Assembly (NCBI GenBank): GCA_038046385.1
Contig: JBBSWH010000009.1
Location: forward strand, 47,039-111,038
Length of the DNA stretch: 64,000 nt
Direction: 5' to 3'
DNA from: Nanobdellota archaeon
GTDB taxonomy: Archaea > Nanobdellota > Nanobdellia > Woesearchaeales > GW2011-AR4
Part shown: one piece after another, positions 19,735-28,140 of the stretch
How the letters are laid out: each line of letters opens with the position of its first letter
Numbering within the stretch: the stretch's first letter is position 1
Position numbers and translations under genes: made by a program
The notes under the pieces: generated by a model
The model's input: the letters and a program-made list of their open reading frames with translations, nothing else
Database searches by the model: none
Told to the model about the DNA's origin: nothing

Positions 19735-20090
19735 TTTTTCATGACAATTGCGAATGCCAATGCCTTGTCTTTGCAGTGGGATAGGCTTATTTTAATCTTC
19801 ACATTTTTGAATTTGTTTAGACTTGCTTTTGGAGCGTCATCAGTACTCGTTATCTCAATGTCATTGTACGAGACTTTTGATTTAATACTTATGGAAGACA
19901 AAGCCTTAACTATAGACTCTTTTCCGGCAAACCTTGCTGCAAGATGCTGTCCCGGAGATTTTTTTGAGTAGCAGTAATCAAGCTCTTTGCCGGTATATAT
20001 CTTTTTCAAAAATATTTTATCTTTTATCCTGCTTAATTTCTTAAACCTTTTTATATCCTCTATATCAGTTCCTATACCAATTTCTTTCAT
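19731..20090 (-). CDS. acpS: Holo-[acyl-carrier-protein] synthase (4'-phosphopantetheinyl transferase)
   Basis: Motifs GIGTDIE, HLAARFAGKESIVKA and ISLSH. Confidence 0.93.
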   Translation of the reverse strand: MKEIGIGTDIEDIKRFKKLSRIKDKIFLKKIYTGKELDYCYSKKSPGQHLAARFAGKESIVKALSSISIKSKVSYNDIEITSTDDAPKASLNKFKNVKIKISLSHCKDKALAFAIVMKK

Positions 20091-20096
20091 AGCGCC

Positions 20097-21188
20097 TTAG
20101 CAAACATTTTCTATAATACTTACAATCCTCTCAGTAGCCTTTCCGTCCCACAATTTAGGGATTTTATTCTTTACTTTTATTTTTCCGCTTATTATTTCAA
20201 GAGATTTGCTTATTACTTTTTTGCTGTCTGTGCTAACAAGCAAATTTGTGCCCTGGCTTACAGTCACTGGCCTTTCTGTGCTGTTCCTCATGGTTATGCA
20301 CGGTATTCTAAGAACCGTTGTTTCCTCCTGTATACCGCCGGAATCTGTCAAAACAAACCTGCTGTTTGACATCAGGCAAAGAAAGTCAAGGTATCCTAAT
20401 GGATCCGTGACAATCAAATTTTTCATTGATGATATCTTATTATTTAGGCCAAAAGACTCAATATTTTTTCTTGTTCTTGGATGAACCGGAAAAACAATCT
20501 TGATTTTATTTTGGACTTTTTCAAGTATTGATATTATTTTTTTAAGGCCGTTTTTAGTGTCTACGTTGCTGGGCCTGTGCAGCGTTAATACGCAGTATTC
20601 TTTTTTCTTTAATTTAAGATCTTTAAGAATTTTTGATTTGGAAGCTTTTTCTTTGTGCTGAAGAAGCGTGTCTATCATCACATTACCGACAAAGAAAATC
20701 CTTTCATTTGGTATTTTTTCATTAAGCAGGTTTTTCCTTGCGCTTTCTTCTGTTGTGAAAAGAAAATTGCTTATTCCGTCTGTAAGGATTCTGTTTATCT
20801 CTTCAGGCATTTCCATGTCGAAGCTCCTTAATCCGGCTTCAACGTGCGCAACCTTTATTCCAAGGTGCTTTGCAGCAAGCGCCCCTGCAAATGTAGAGTT
20901 TACGTCACCAACAACAACAACCAAATCAGGATTTTCATTCTTCAGCACTTTTTCAATCTCAGATGTCATTTTTTCTATCTGCTCCATTCTGTTTCCTGAG
21001 CTGATTCCAAGATTAACATTCGGCTTTGGCAAATTTAATTCATCGAAGAAAAGCCTGCTCATCTTTTTATCGTAATGCTGGCCCGTATGGACAAGAATGT
21101 GGTTTATTTTTCTTTTTTTGAATTCTTTTATCAGCGGGGCAATCTTCATGAAATTCGGCCTTGTTCCAACTATGCTGACAATTTTCAT
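20097..21188 (-). CDS. wecB: UDP-N-acetylglucosamine 2-epimerase (non-hydrolysing; WecB/WbpI-like)
   Basis: Motifs GTRPNFMK, HTGQHY, HVEAGLRS, MPEEINR, TLHRPSN and TDSGGIQEE. ATG 21188 is preferred over the upstream TTG. Confidence 0.93.
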   Translation of the reverse strand: MKIVSIVGTRPNFMKIAPLIKEFKKRKINHILVHTGQHYDKKMSRLFFDELNLPKPNVNLGISSGNRMEQIEKMTSEIEKVLKNENPDLVVVVGDVNSTFAGALAAKHLGIKVAHVEAGLRSFDMEMPEEINRILTDGISNFLFTTEESARKNLLNEKIPNERIFFVGNVMIDTLLQHKEKASKSKILKDLKLKKKEYCVLTLHRPSNVDTKNGLKKIISILEKVQNKIKIVFPVHPRTRKNIESFGLNNKISSMKNLIVTDPLGYLDFLCLMSNSRFVLTDSGGIQEETTVLRIPCITMRNSTERPVTVSQGTNLLVSTDSKKVISKSLEIISGKIKVKNKIPKLWDGKATERIVSIIENVC

Positions 21189-21208
21189 GATACTCCGCAA
21201 CCCAAATC

Positions 21209-21218
21209 TATTTAAATA
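21209..21218. promoter_or_regulatory. Palindromic TATA box shared by divergent genes
   Basis: TATTTAAATA is a perfect palindrome located exactly 20 nt from the ATG at 21188 (-) and 20 nt from the ATG at 21239 (+). Confidence 0.6.
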
Positions 21219-21238
21219 ATTTCCTATTAGCTGAAAGC

Positions 21239-22366
21239 ATGGGAAAACTGACAGTTGCTATTGTAATGCCGACGCATTTTGATGTTCATTCCTCACTTCT
21301 TAACTTTCTCAAGACATATGAATACCTTATCAAAAACAGGAATATTGATGTAACACTTTTTACGGACAGCAGGAATAAAGTAGATTACAAAAAACTGAAA
21401 ATAGAGAAGATTGAAGGGTTTGATTACGGAACCGGAATCGACAAAATTCTTTTCCTGCTCGGAATCCCGAGGTTTTATTATAAAAAACTTGACGAAAAAT
21501 TAAAGAAGTTTGATGTCATAACATCAAATAATCCTGAATTTTATGCTTTTGCATACCAGTCATACAAAGCAGCAAAAAGGCACAACAAGAGATTTGTATT
21601 AAGGACTTCACAGAGCGTTGAAGGATTCTTTTTCTTTAAGCTGACAAAATTCTTTTTATGCCCTTTTGTCAAAAAGGCATACGATTATTCCAAGTTTGTG
21701 GTATTTTCAAATCCTCAGGCAGAGGAAAGGTGCTTAAAATTAGGGCTTATTGACGACAGGAGAAAGAGCATAATCACTGGCCATGCGACTGATGTTGAAT
21801 GTTTTAAACCTATTAAAACGAAAAAAGGAAAAAATACAATCCTGCTTTCTGTCGGAGGATTATTGGAGCTTAAAGGACATCATTTAATAATAAAGTCACT
21901 TAAGAAGATTATTGACAACGGCCATAAAAACACAGAATTATGGATTGTTGGCGAGGGTTATTACAAACAAAAACTGCAGGATCTTGCAAAAGAGCTCGGA
22001 GTGGAAGATAATGTAAGGTTCCTCGGCAAGAAAGGCCACAATGAGCTTGCAACGATTTACAACATGTCAGACATTTTTGTCCTTGCCAATTATCAGGAGA
22101 TAACCCCTGCTGTGAACGAGGCGCTTGCTTGCGGAAAGCCTGTTGTTGCCATGGAATGCGGCGGCTGCGAATTTGTAATTCCCAACAAAAATTATGGATT
22201 GGTTTCAAGAAGATTTGATGTTGATGATATGGCAAGCAAGATAATCCTGCTGATGAAAGACAAGAAGCTTGCCTCCAAAATTGCAGCAAACGGAAGAAAA
22301 AGGATTCTTGAGAATTTCTCCATAGAAAAAGTGGCAGACAAGGTATACAGGGCATATACAGAATGA
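21239..22366 (+). CDS. Glycosyltransferase family 4
   Basis: Motifs SVGGLLELKG, IVGEG and EITPAVNEALACGKPVV. Confidence 0.9.
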   Translation: MGKLTVAIVMPTHFDVHSSLLNFLKTYEYLIKNRNIDVTLFTDSRNKVDYKKLKIEKIEGFDYGTGIDKILFLLGIPRFYYKKLDEKLKKFDVITSNNPEFYAFAYQSYKAAKRHNKRFVLRTSQSVEGFFFFKLTKFFLCPFVKKAYDYSKFVVFSNPQAEERCLKLGLIDDRRKSIITGHATDVECFKPIKTKKGKNTILLSVGGLLELKGHHLIIKSLKKIIDNGHKNTELWIVGEGYYKQKLQDLAKELGVEDNVRFLGKKGHNELATIYNMSDIFVLANYQEITPAVNEALACGKPVVAMECGGCEFVIPNKNYGLVSRRFDVDDMASKIILLMKDKKLASKIAANGRKRILENFSIEKVADKVYRAYTE

Positions 22367-22392
22367 TTTTGCATACTAATAGTATTTGATAT

Positions 22393-22409
22393 CATAAGCT
22401 TTATAAAGC
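22393..22409 (+). promoter_or_regulatory. Archaeal BRE/TATA-like promoter of the wbp-like cassette
   Basis: CATAAGCTTTATAAAGC, with TTTATAAA 22 nt before ATG 22430. A 16/17-identical copy is at 28104-28120. Confidence 0.55.
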
Positions 22410-22429
22410 CATTTTAGCGCTTATCGATT

Positions 22430-23014
22430 ATGCCAAAATTTCTCATACATCCGACAGCAGATGTTGCAAAAAATGCAAAAATAGGAAATGGAACTAAGAT
22501 ATGGCACCATTGCCACGTAAGGGAAAATGTTTCTATAGGGAAAAACTGCATTCTTGGCAAGAATGTTTACATTGACCATAATATCAAAATAGGCAACAAT
22601 GTAAAGATACAGAACAACTGCTCCATTTATTTTGATTCTAAAATTGAAGACGGAGTTTTTATAGGGCCCCATGTGGTTTTTACAAACGACACAAATCCAA
22701 GGGCGATCACAAGAGACGGGAAAATTAAATCAGCAAATGAATGGAATGCCGGAAAGATTCTGATAAAAAAAGGAGCTTCAATAGGCGCACGCTCTGTTTT
22801 ACTGCCGAATTTGACTATTGGAACCTTTGCAATGGTTGGCGCAGGATCTGTTGTAACAAAAAATGTTGGTGATTACCGCTTGGTGTATGGGAATCCTGCA
22901 AGAGTCATGGGCTTCGTATGCGCGTGTGGGCATAAAATAAAAAATCCAGAGATGGAAAAATCCAAGATAGTATTGAAATGCGATAAGTGCAAGCATACCA
23001 CAATAACAAAATGA
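22430..23014 (+). CDS. WbpD/WlbB-like sugar N-acetyltransferase (hexapeptide repeat)
   Basis: Motifs IHPTADV, KIWH, KIQNN, FTND..PR, GNPAR and a C-terminal CxCG...CxxC. Confidence 0.9.
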   Translation: MPKFLIHPTADVAKNAKIGNGTKIWHHCHVRENVSIGKNCILGKNVYIDHNIKIGNNVKIQNNCSIYFDSKIEDGVFIGPHVVFTNDTNPRAITRDGKIKSANEWNAGKILIKKGASIGARSVLLPNLTIGTFAMVGAGSVVTKNVGDYRLVYGNPARVMGFVCACGHKIKNPEMEKSKIVLKCDKCKHTTITK

Positions 23015-24108
23015 TAAATATTTCCAAGCCTTCTATCGGAAAAGAGGAGATTGATGCTGTTGTTAATGTCCTTAAATCAGGAATGATAGCGCAGGGGCCG
23101 AAAACAAAGGAATTTGAGCAGGAATTTGCAAAATTTGCTGGGGTAAAATATGCTGTAGCAATGAATTCCGGAACAGCAGCCCTGCACGCTGCGCTTTATG
23201 CAGCAGGCGTGAAAGAAAATGATGAAGTCATAACAACTCCATTTACATTCATTGCAACTGCAAATTCCATTCTTATGCAGAATGCAAAGCCAGTCTTTGC
23301 TGATATAGAAGAAGATAATTTCAACATTGATGCTTCCCAGATTGAAAATAAAATAACAAAAAAGACAAAGGCAATACTTGCTGTTGACCTTTATGGGCAC
23401 CCTTATGCTTATGATGATGTAAAGGAGATTGCTGACAAGCACGGGCTTAAGATAATAGAGGATGCATGCCAGGCTGTTGGCGCTGATTTTAACGGAAAGA
23501 AATGCGGCTCTTTAGGGGATATTGGAACGTTTTCATTCTATGCGACAAAAAACATGACAACAGCAGAGGGCGGAATGCTCACGACAGACAATGAAGAATA
23601 CGCTGAGCTTGCAAAACAGCTTCGTCATCATGGGCAGAGCGAAAAAGTAAGATACGAATATTTCGGCCTTGGATACAATTACAGGATGACAGACATAAAT
23701 GCTGCAATCGGGCTTGAGCAGATGAAGAAGATAAATGAATGGAACAAAAAAAGGATAGACAATGCAGCTTTTTTGAGCAAACGCCTTGGGAAAATAAAAG
23801 GAATAAAAGTTCCTGCTGTTCAGAAGAACTGTACGCACGTTTTCCACCAATATACCATTATTGTAAAAGATGATTTCAAAATGAAAAGAGACGGGCTTAT
23901 GGAACATCTTAAGCAGAAAGGCGTTGGAAGCGGAGTTTATTATCCAAAGCCGCTGCACTTATTTAAGCACATTTCAAAATTCGGATACAAGCAAGGGGAT
24001 TTTCCGGTTGCAGAAAAACTTTCTCAGCAGGTTTTGTCTTTGCCAATCCATCCGCAGCTTACAAAAGAAGAGCTTGAAACAATAGCAAAAGCATTCGAGG
24101 AAATATGA
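23011..24108 (+). CDS. WbpE/WlbC-like DegT aminotransferase
   Basis: Motifs NSGTAAL, EDACQA, SFYATKNMTTAEGG and GYNYRM. ATG 23011 overlaps the previous stop (ATGA). Confidence 0.92.
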   Translation: MINISKPSIGKEEIDAVVNVLKSGMIAQGPKTKEFEQEFAKFAGVKYAVAMNSGTAALHAALYAAGVKENDEVITTPFTFIATANSILMQNAKPVFADIEEDNFNIDASQIENKITKKTKAILAVDLYGHPYAYDDVKEIADKHGLKIIEDACQAVGADFNGKKCGSLGDIGTFSFYATKNMTTAEGGMLTTDNEEYAELAKQLRHHGQSEKVRYEYFGLGYNYRMTDINAAIGLEQMKKINEWNKKRIDNAAFLSKRLGKIKGIKVPAVQKNCTHVFHQYTIIVKDDFKMKRDGLMEHLKQKGVGSGVYYPKPLHLFKHISKFGYKQGDFPVAEKLSQQVLSLPIHPQLTKEELETIAKAFEEI

Positions 24109-25100
24109 AACTTAAAGTTGCAGTTATCGGAGCAGGTGCAATGGGCAAGAACCATGCAAGAGTTTATTCTGAGATGAAGAATGTTGAGCTTGTTGCAGTA
24201 TGCGATTCCAGCAAAGAAGTTGGCGGGCAGATTGCAGCGCTTTACGGCGCAAAATACTATTCTGATTACAAAGATATGCTTGCAAAAGAGAAGCTTGACG
24301 CGGTTTCAATCTGCGTTCCGACAAAATTTCACCGTGAAGTTTCTATTGCAGTTATCAAAAAGAAAATAAATGTGCTTGTTGAAAAGCCGATTGCGACTAC
24401 TGTTTCGGAAGCAGAAGAAATAATTTCAGAAGCGCAGAAAAATAAAGTAAAACTAATGATTGGCCACATTGAGTGCTTTAATCCGGTTGTTGTTGAACTG
24501 AAAAGAAGAATTGCCGGGGGAGAGCTTGGCAAGATATACAAAGTCCATTGCAACAGGATGGGGCCTTCTGTTCAGAGAATTTATGATGTTGGCGTTATCA
24601 TAGACATTGCAATCCATGAGATTTACATTCTGAAGTACCTTATTGACTCTGATGTCAAGAGAGTTTATGCAGAGACAGAAAGGAAGATACACTCAACACA
24701 CGAAGATTTGCTTATAGGGACAATACGATTCAGCAACGATGTGCTTGGTGTTATCAATGCAAACTGGATTACGCCTAGGAAGTTCAGGGAGATAACGGTT
24801 ACAGGCGAGAAAGGAATGTTTGTTGCCAATTATCTGACCCAGGATCTTGATTTTTATGAGAACGATTTTGTCAAGAAAAATATTGACTACAAAAGCCACA
24901 CAATGCTTGTGATGGAAGGAAAGAAAATTCCTATTGATGTGAAGAAAAGCGAGCCACTTCGCAATGAGCTTGATGCTTTTGTTGACTGTGTTTTAAACGA
25001 CAAAAAAGTGCCTGTAACTGGCAATGAAGGGCTTGAAGCTTTGCGTGTTGCGCAGAAGTTCCTTGAGTCATCTAAACAGAATAAAGTGATGGAATTATGA
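24105..25100 (+). CDS. WbpB/WlbA-like Gfo/Idh/MocA sugar 3-dehydrogenase
   Basis: Motifs GAGAMGKNHAR, VEKP, GHIECFNP and DIAIHE. Confidence 0.9.
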   Translation: MKLKVAVIGAGAMGKNHARVYSEMKNVELVAVCDSSKEVGGQIAALYGAKYYSDYKDMLAKEKLDAVSICVPTKFHREVSIAVIKKKINVLVEKPIATTVSEAEEIISEAQKNKVKLMIGHIECFNPVVVELKRRIAGGELGKIYKVHCNRMGPSVQRIYDVGVIIDIAIHEIYILKYLIDSDVKRVYAETERKIHSTHEDLLIGTIRFSNDVLGVINANWITPRKFREITVTGEKGMFVANYLTQDLDFYENDFVKKNIDYKSHTMLVMEGKKIPIDVKKSEPLRNELDAFVDCVLNDKKVPVTGNEGLEALRVAQKFLESSKQNKVMEL

Positions 25101-26275
25101 AAATAAGCGTTTCCGGCTTGGGAAAGGCAGGATTGCCATTGGCTGCGGTTATTGCAGATGCAGGAATTGATGTTATCGGAATAGATGTTGATGTTAAAAG
25201 GGTTGCCGACATTAACAATGGAGTTAATCCAATACCGGAAGAAACCGGATTATCTTCTTTAATTAAGAAATACGGCGGGAAGAGATTAAAGGCAACTACA
25301 AATGCTGCCGATGCTGTAAAGGAAACTTCTGCCCATATTGTGATTGTTCCTTTGTTTATTGATTCCGCGAAGAAATGCGATTTTTCTTTGTTACAGAAGG
25401 CTTTTACTGATATTGGAAACTCTCTTAAGAAGAATGATGTTGTTGTGCTTGAAACAACTGTTCCGGTTGGGACAACAGAGACTTTTGTGAAAGGGATACT
25501 TGAGAAAGAGTCTGGACTTAAATGTGGTTCTGATTTTTACCTTGCATATTCTCCTGAGAGGATAATGACGGGATATTCTATTTCACGCTTTAAGGAATTT
25601 CCAAAATTGGTTGGAGGGGTTGATGCTAAAAGTTCGCAAAAGGCATTTGAAGTTTATTCAAAGTTTGCAAACCCTGTCAAGGTTAGTAATTCAAGAACAG
25701 CAGAGCTTGCGAAAGTATCTGAAGGCGTTTATCGCGATGTCAATATTGCTTTAGCCAATGAATTGCTTAAAGTTGCTGAACATTATTCAATAGACTTCTG
25801 GGAGATGAAAGAGGCTGCAAATCACCAGTTTTGCAACATACACGAGCCAGGGAATGTCGGAGGGCATTGTATTCCAGTCTATCCGTGGTTTTTAATTAAT
25901 TCACTTGATGTTCCACTGATTAAAGTTGCACGCAAACTGAATGATGATATGATTGAATTCTATGCTGGCAAGGTTGCTGCAATTGGTGGGAAGAAAGTCG
26001 GAGTGATTGGACTAAGCTACAGGGAAGGCGTCAAGGAAAAGGCATATTCACGCTCTGTTGACATGATTAAACTGCTTCAGAAGAAAGGATATGATGTTTA
26101 TGGGTATGATCTGCTTTATTCTGCAGAAGAAACTTTGAAAGAGTTCGGCTGCAAGTATCTTGATGACTTTGGAAAGATGGATGTTTTGATACTGATGAAC
26201 AAGGAAGTTTCTTTGAAAAGCAAATTACTTAAGATGAAGGATAAGGTTGTTGATGTGAAGAATGTTTTAAGATGA
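25097..26275 (+). CDS. WbpA-like UDP-GlcNAc 6-dehydrogenase
   Basis: Motifs GLGKAGLP, ETTVPVGTT, YSPER, YRDVNIALANE and GGHCIPVYP. Confidence 0.9.
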   Translation: MKISVSGLGKAGLPLAAVIADAGIDVIGIDVDVKRVADINNGVNPIPEETGLSSLIKKYGGKRLKATTNAADAVKETSAHIVIVPLFIDSAKKCDFSLLQKAFTDIGNSLKKNDVVVLETTVPVGTTETFVKGILEKESGLKCGSDFYLAYSPERIMTGYSISRFKEFPKLVGGVDAKSSQKAFEVYSKFANPVKVSNSRTAELAKVSEGVYRDVNIALANELLKVAEHYSIDFWEMKEAANHQFCNIHEPGNVGGHCIPVYPWFLINSLDVPLIKVARKLNDDMIEFYAGKVAAIGGKKVGVIGLSYREGVKEKAYSRSVDMIKLLQKKGYDVYGYDLLYSAEETLKEFGCKYLDDFGKMDVLILMNKEVSLKSKLLKMKDKVVDVKNVLR

Positions 26276-26279
26276 AACA

Positions 26280-28034
26280 TTAATCAATAAGTTTACGATA
26301 AGCTTCATTTATTTTTCTAAATCTACTATCTGCCAAAATTTGAAATTGTTTATCTAAGTGGTTTACTTTATCTGGGTGATTTAAGCTAGCCAATTTTTTA
26401 TAAGCAGATGTAATCTCTTCTTTGCTAGAATTTTTTAGAATTCCTAAAATTTCGAAAGGGTCGGTTATGGAATTACCTCCTAGTTCTTCTATATGCGGTT
26501 GATGAATACCTAATATTTTTAATTCTTCAATTCCCGATTTCCAATTCATATGTTGACTTTTTTTGTGCAATTTTTCGTGTTGTTTATGAGTTATAATTGC
26601 TAAATTAGATAAATCATAATTTGAAATATCTTTATCTACGTGGTGCACAACCAAGTCCTCAAAACTTTTTCCAGGATAATGCTTGTTAAACCACCTGGAG
26701 TAAAAGTCAAATATTTCTTTTTTTGCTAGATATTTATGAATTTCAGTATCTGTTTTTACTGTATATATCCCATTTTCATCTTTGTTAACAAAACAGGGAT
26801 AATATGCATTCTTTATATTTGGATTTCTCCATTCCCAAAAACCTCTAGTAGGACTAGGCCTTGGTACAGTCAAATCTTTAATTTTTTCTTTAGATTCCAA
26901 CAATTCTTTTTCCCGTTCAGCAATATCTTTTCTTTCAGATTCTATTTTTTCTTTCATTTCTTGTGTCTTATCTAAATTACTCCTTGCTTCGGTTAACATA
27001 CTTTTTGAATCAGATAGTTGTCTTTTTTTATCTTCTAAAGCCTCCTCCTGAAATTTAATATTTTGAACCAATATGTTTTGTTTTTTTACTAATTCGTTAT
27101 GGGATTTCTCGTGACGTTTTTTTGCATCTTCATATTCTTTTTTTGCAGCTTCTCTAGCTTTCTTTCTTTGTATTGCTTCTCTTTCCATCCATCTTTTTTT
27201 ATTTTTATAGTTGTACAACCATATTAAGGATATTATGAGAATAATAAGAAGTACCACAAAAGCAATACCTAATATTGTTTTAGTTCTTTCTCGTTTTATT
27301 TTTTCTGCCTCAATCTGTGTTGGAGACTTAGCACACCTACCACTATCATCGGTAAAATTAGTTTTACATTCAATAGGGCCACAAAATGGGATATCTCCTT
27401 CAGGCAGATTATTGTATACACATCTATTATTTTTACATTGAATCATATCCCATCTTTCACATCTACAATTATCTAAATAACATTCTGGTTTATTGTTGCA
27501 GATTTTCTCAACACAAAACCCCCCACCACACTCCTCTTTTGTGGAACATTCAGCACCATCATCTAGACAAGATACACCATTGCATACTTTACATACATCC
27601 CTTTTTTTTGTTACATTTATTTCTTTAGGAACCAAAAATTTTGGTTCGGATAGATAATAAGTGATATTATCTTTTTTTATGCTACATTCTCCATAAACAT
27701 TATCTTTAAAACATATTTCATTTATTTTATCATAATCTTTAGCTTTAATTCTTGATGAAGAAGTTGATACATCAGAAATAAAACCTTCTATACTATAAGT
27801 AATAAATGCTTTTATTTCGTATGGATTAGGGTTAAACACCGTAAAAATGCTTTTATTATTCACACTTATAAAATCTGAAAATACCAATGCGTCTGCAATC
27901 TTTACTGAAGAATCTTGATACGTTAGTGCTATCTCTAGTTGTTGATATTCTTCTTGTAGATTATATTGACAAGCAAAAGAACCAGTTGATAAAAGTAACA
28001 GTATCAACAAACCAATAATTATCAGTTTACTCAT
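26280..28034 (-). CDS. Single-pass membrane protein: signal peptide, Cys-rich ectodomain, TM, coiled coil, HNH endonuclease, C-terminal J (DnaJ) domain
   Basis: N-terminal MSKLIIIGLLILLLLSTGSFAC, a Cys-dense block, TM TILGIAFVVLLIILIISLIWLY, a K/E-rich coil, HNH VVHHVDKDISNYDLSNL...HEKLH, and J-domain DPFEILG...AYKKLA..NHPDK...FRKINEAY. Confidence 0.82.
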   Translation of the reverse strand: MSKLIIIGLLILLLLSTGSFACQYNLQEEYQQLEIALTYQDSSVKIADALVFSDFISVNNKSIFTVFNPNPYEIKAFITYSIEGFISDVSTSSSRIKAKDYDKINEICFKDNVYGECSIKKDNITYYLSEPKFLVPKEINVTKKRDVCKVCNGVSCLDDGAECSTKEECGGGFCVEKICNNKPECYLDNCRCERWDMIQCKNNRCVYNNLPEGDIPFCGPIECKTNFTDDSGRCAKSPTQIEAEKIKRERTKTILGIAFVVLLIILIISLIWLYNYKNKKRWMEREAIQRKKAREAAKKEYEDAKKRHEKSHNELVKKQNILVQNIKFQEEALEDKKRQLSDSKSMLTEARSNLDKTQEMKEKIESERKDIAEREKELLESKEKIKDLTVPRPSPTRGFWEWRNPNIKNAYYPCFVNKDENGIYTVKTDTEIHKYLAKKEIFDFYSRWFNKHYPGKSFEDLVVHHVDKDISNYDLSNLAIITHKQHEKLHKKSQHMNWKSGIEELKILGIHQPHIEELGGNSITDPFEILGILKNSSKEEITSAYKKLASLNHPDKVNHLDKQFQILADSRFRKINEAYRKLID

Positions 28035-28103
28035 TATTATTCATAACCCCCAACACCAAATCTCGATAAACACTATTTAAACTTTGCCAATAGAACCTCC
28101 TTC

Positions 28104-28120
28104 CATAAGCTTTTTAAAGC
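28104..28120 (+). promoter_or_regulatory. Archaeal BRE/TATA-like promoter
   Basis: CATAAGCTTTTTAAAGC, with TTTTTAAA 22 nt before ATG 28141. Confidence 0.55.
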
Positions 28121-28140
28121 ATTAAATAGAGCGTTATTAT

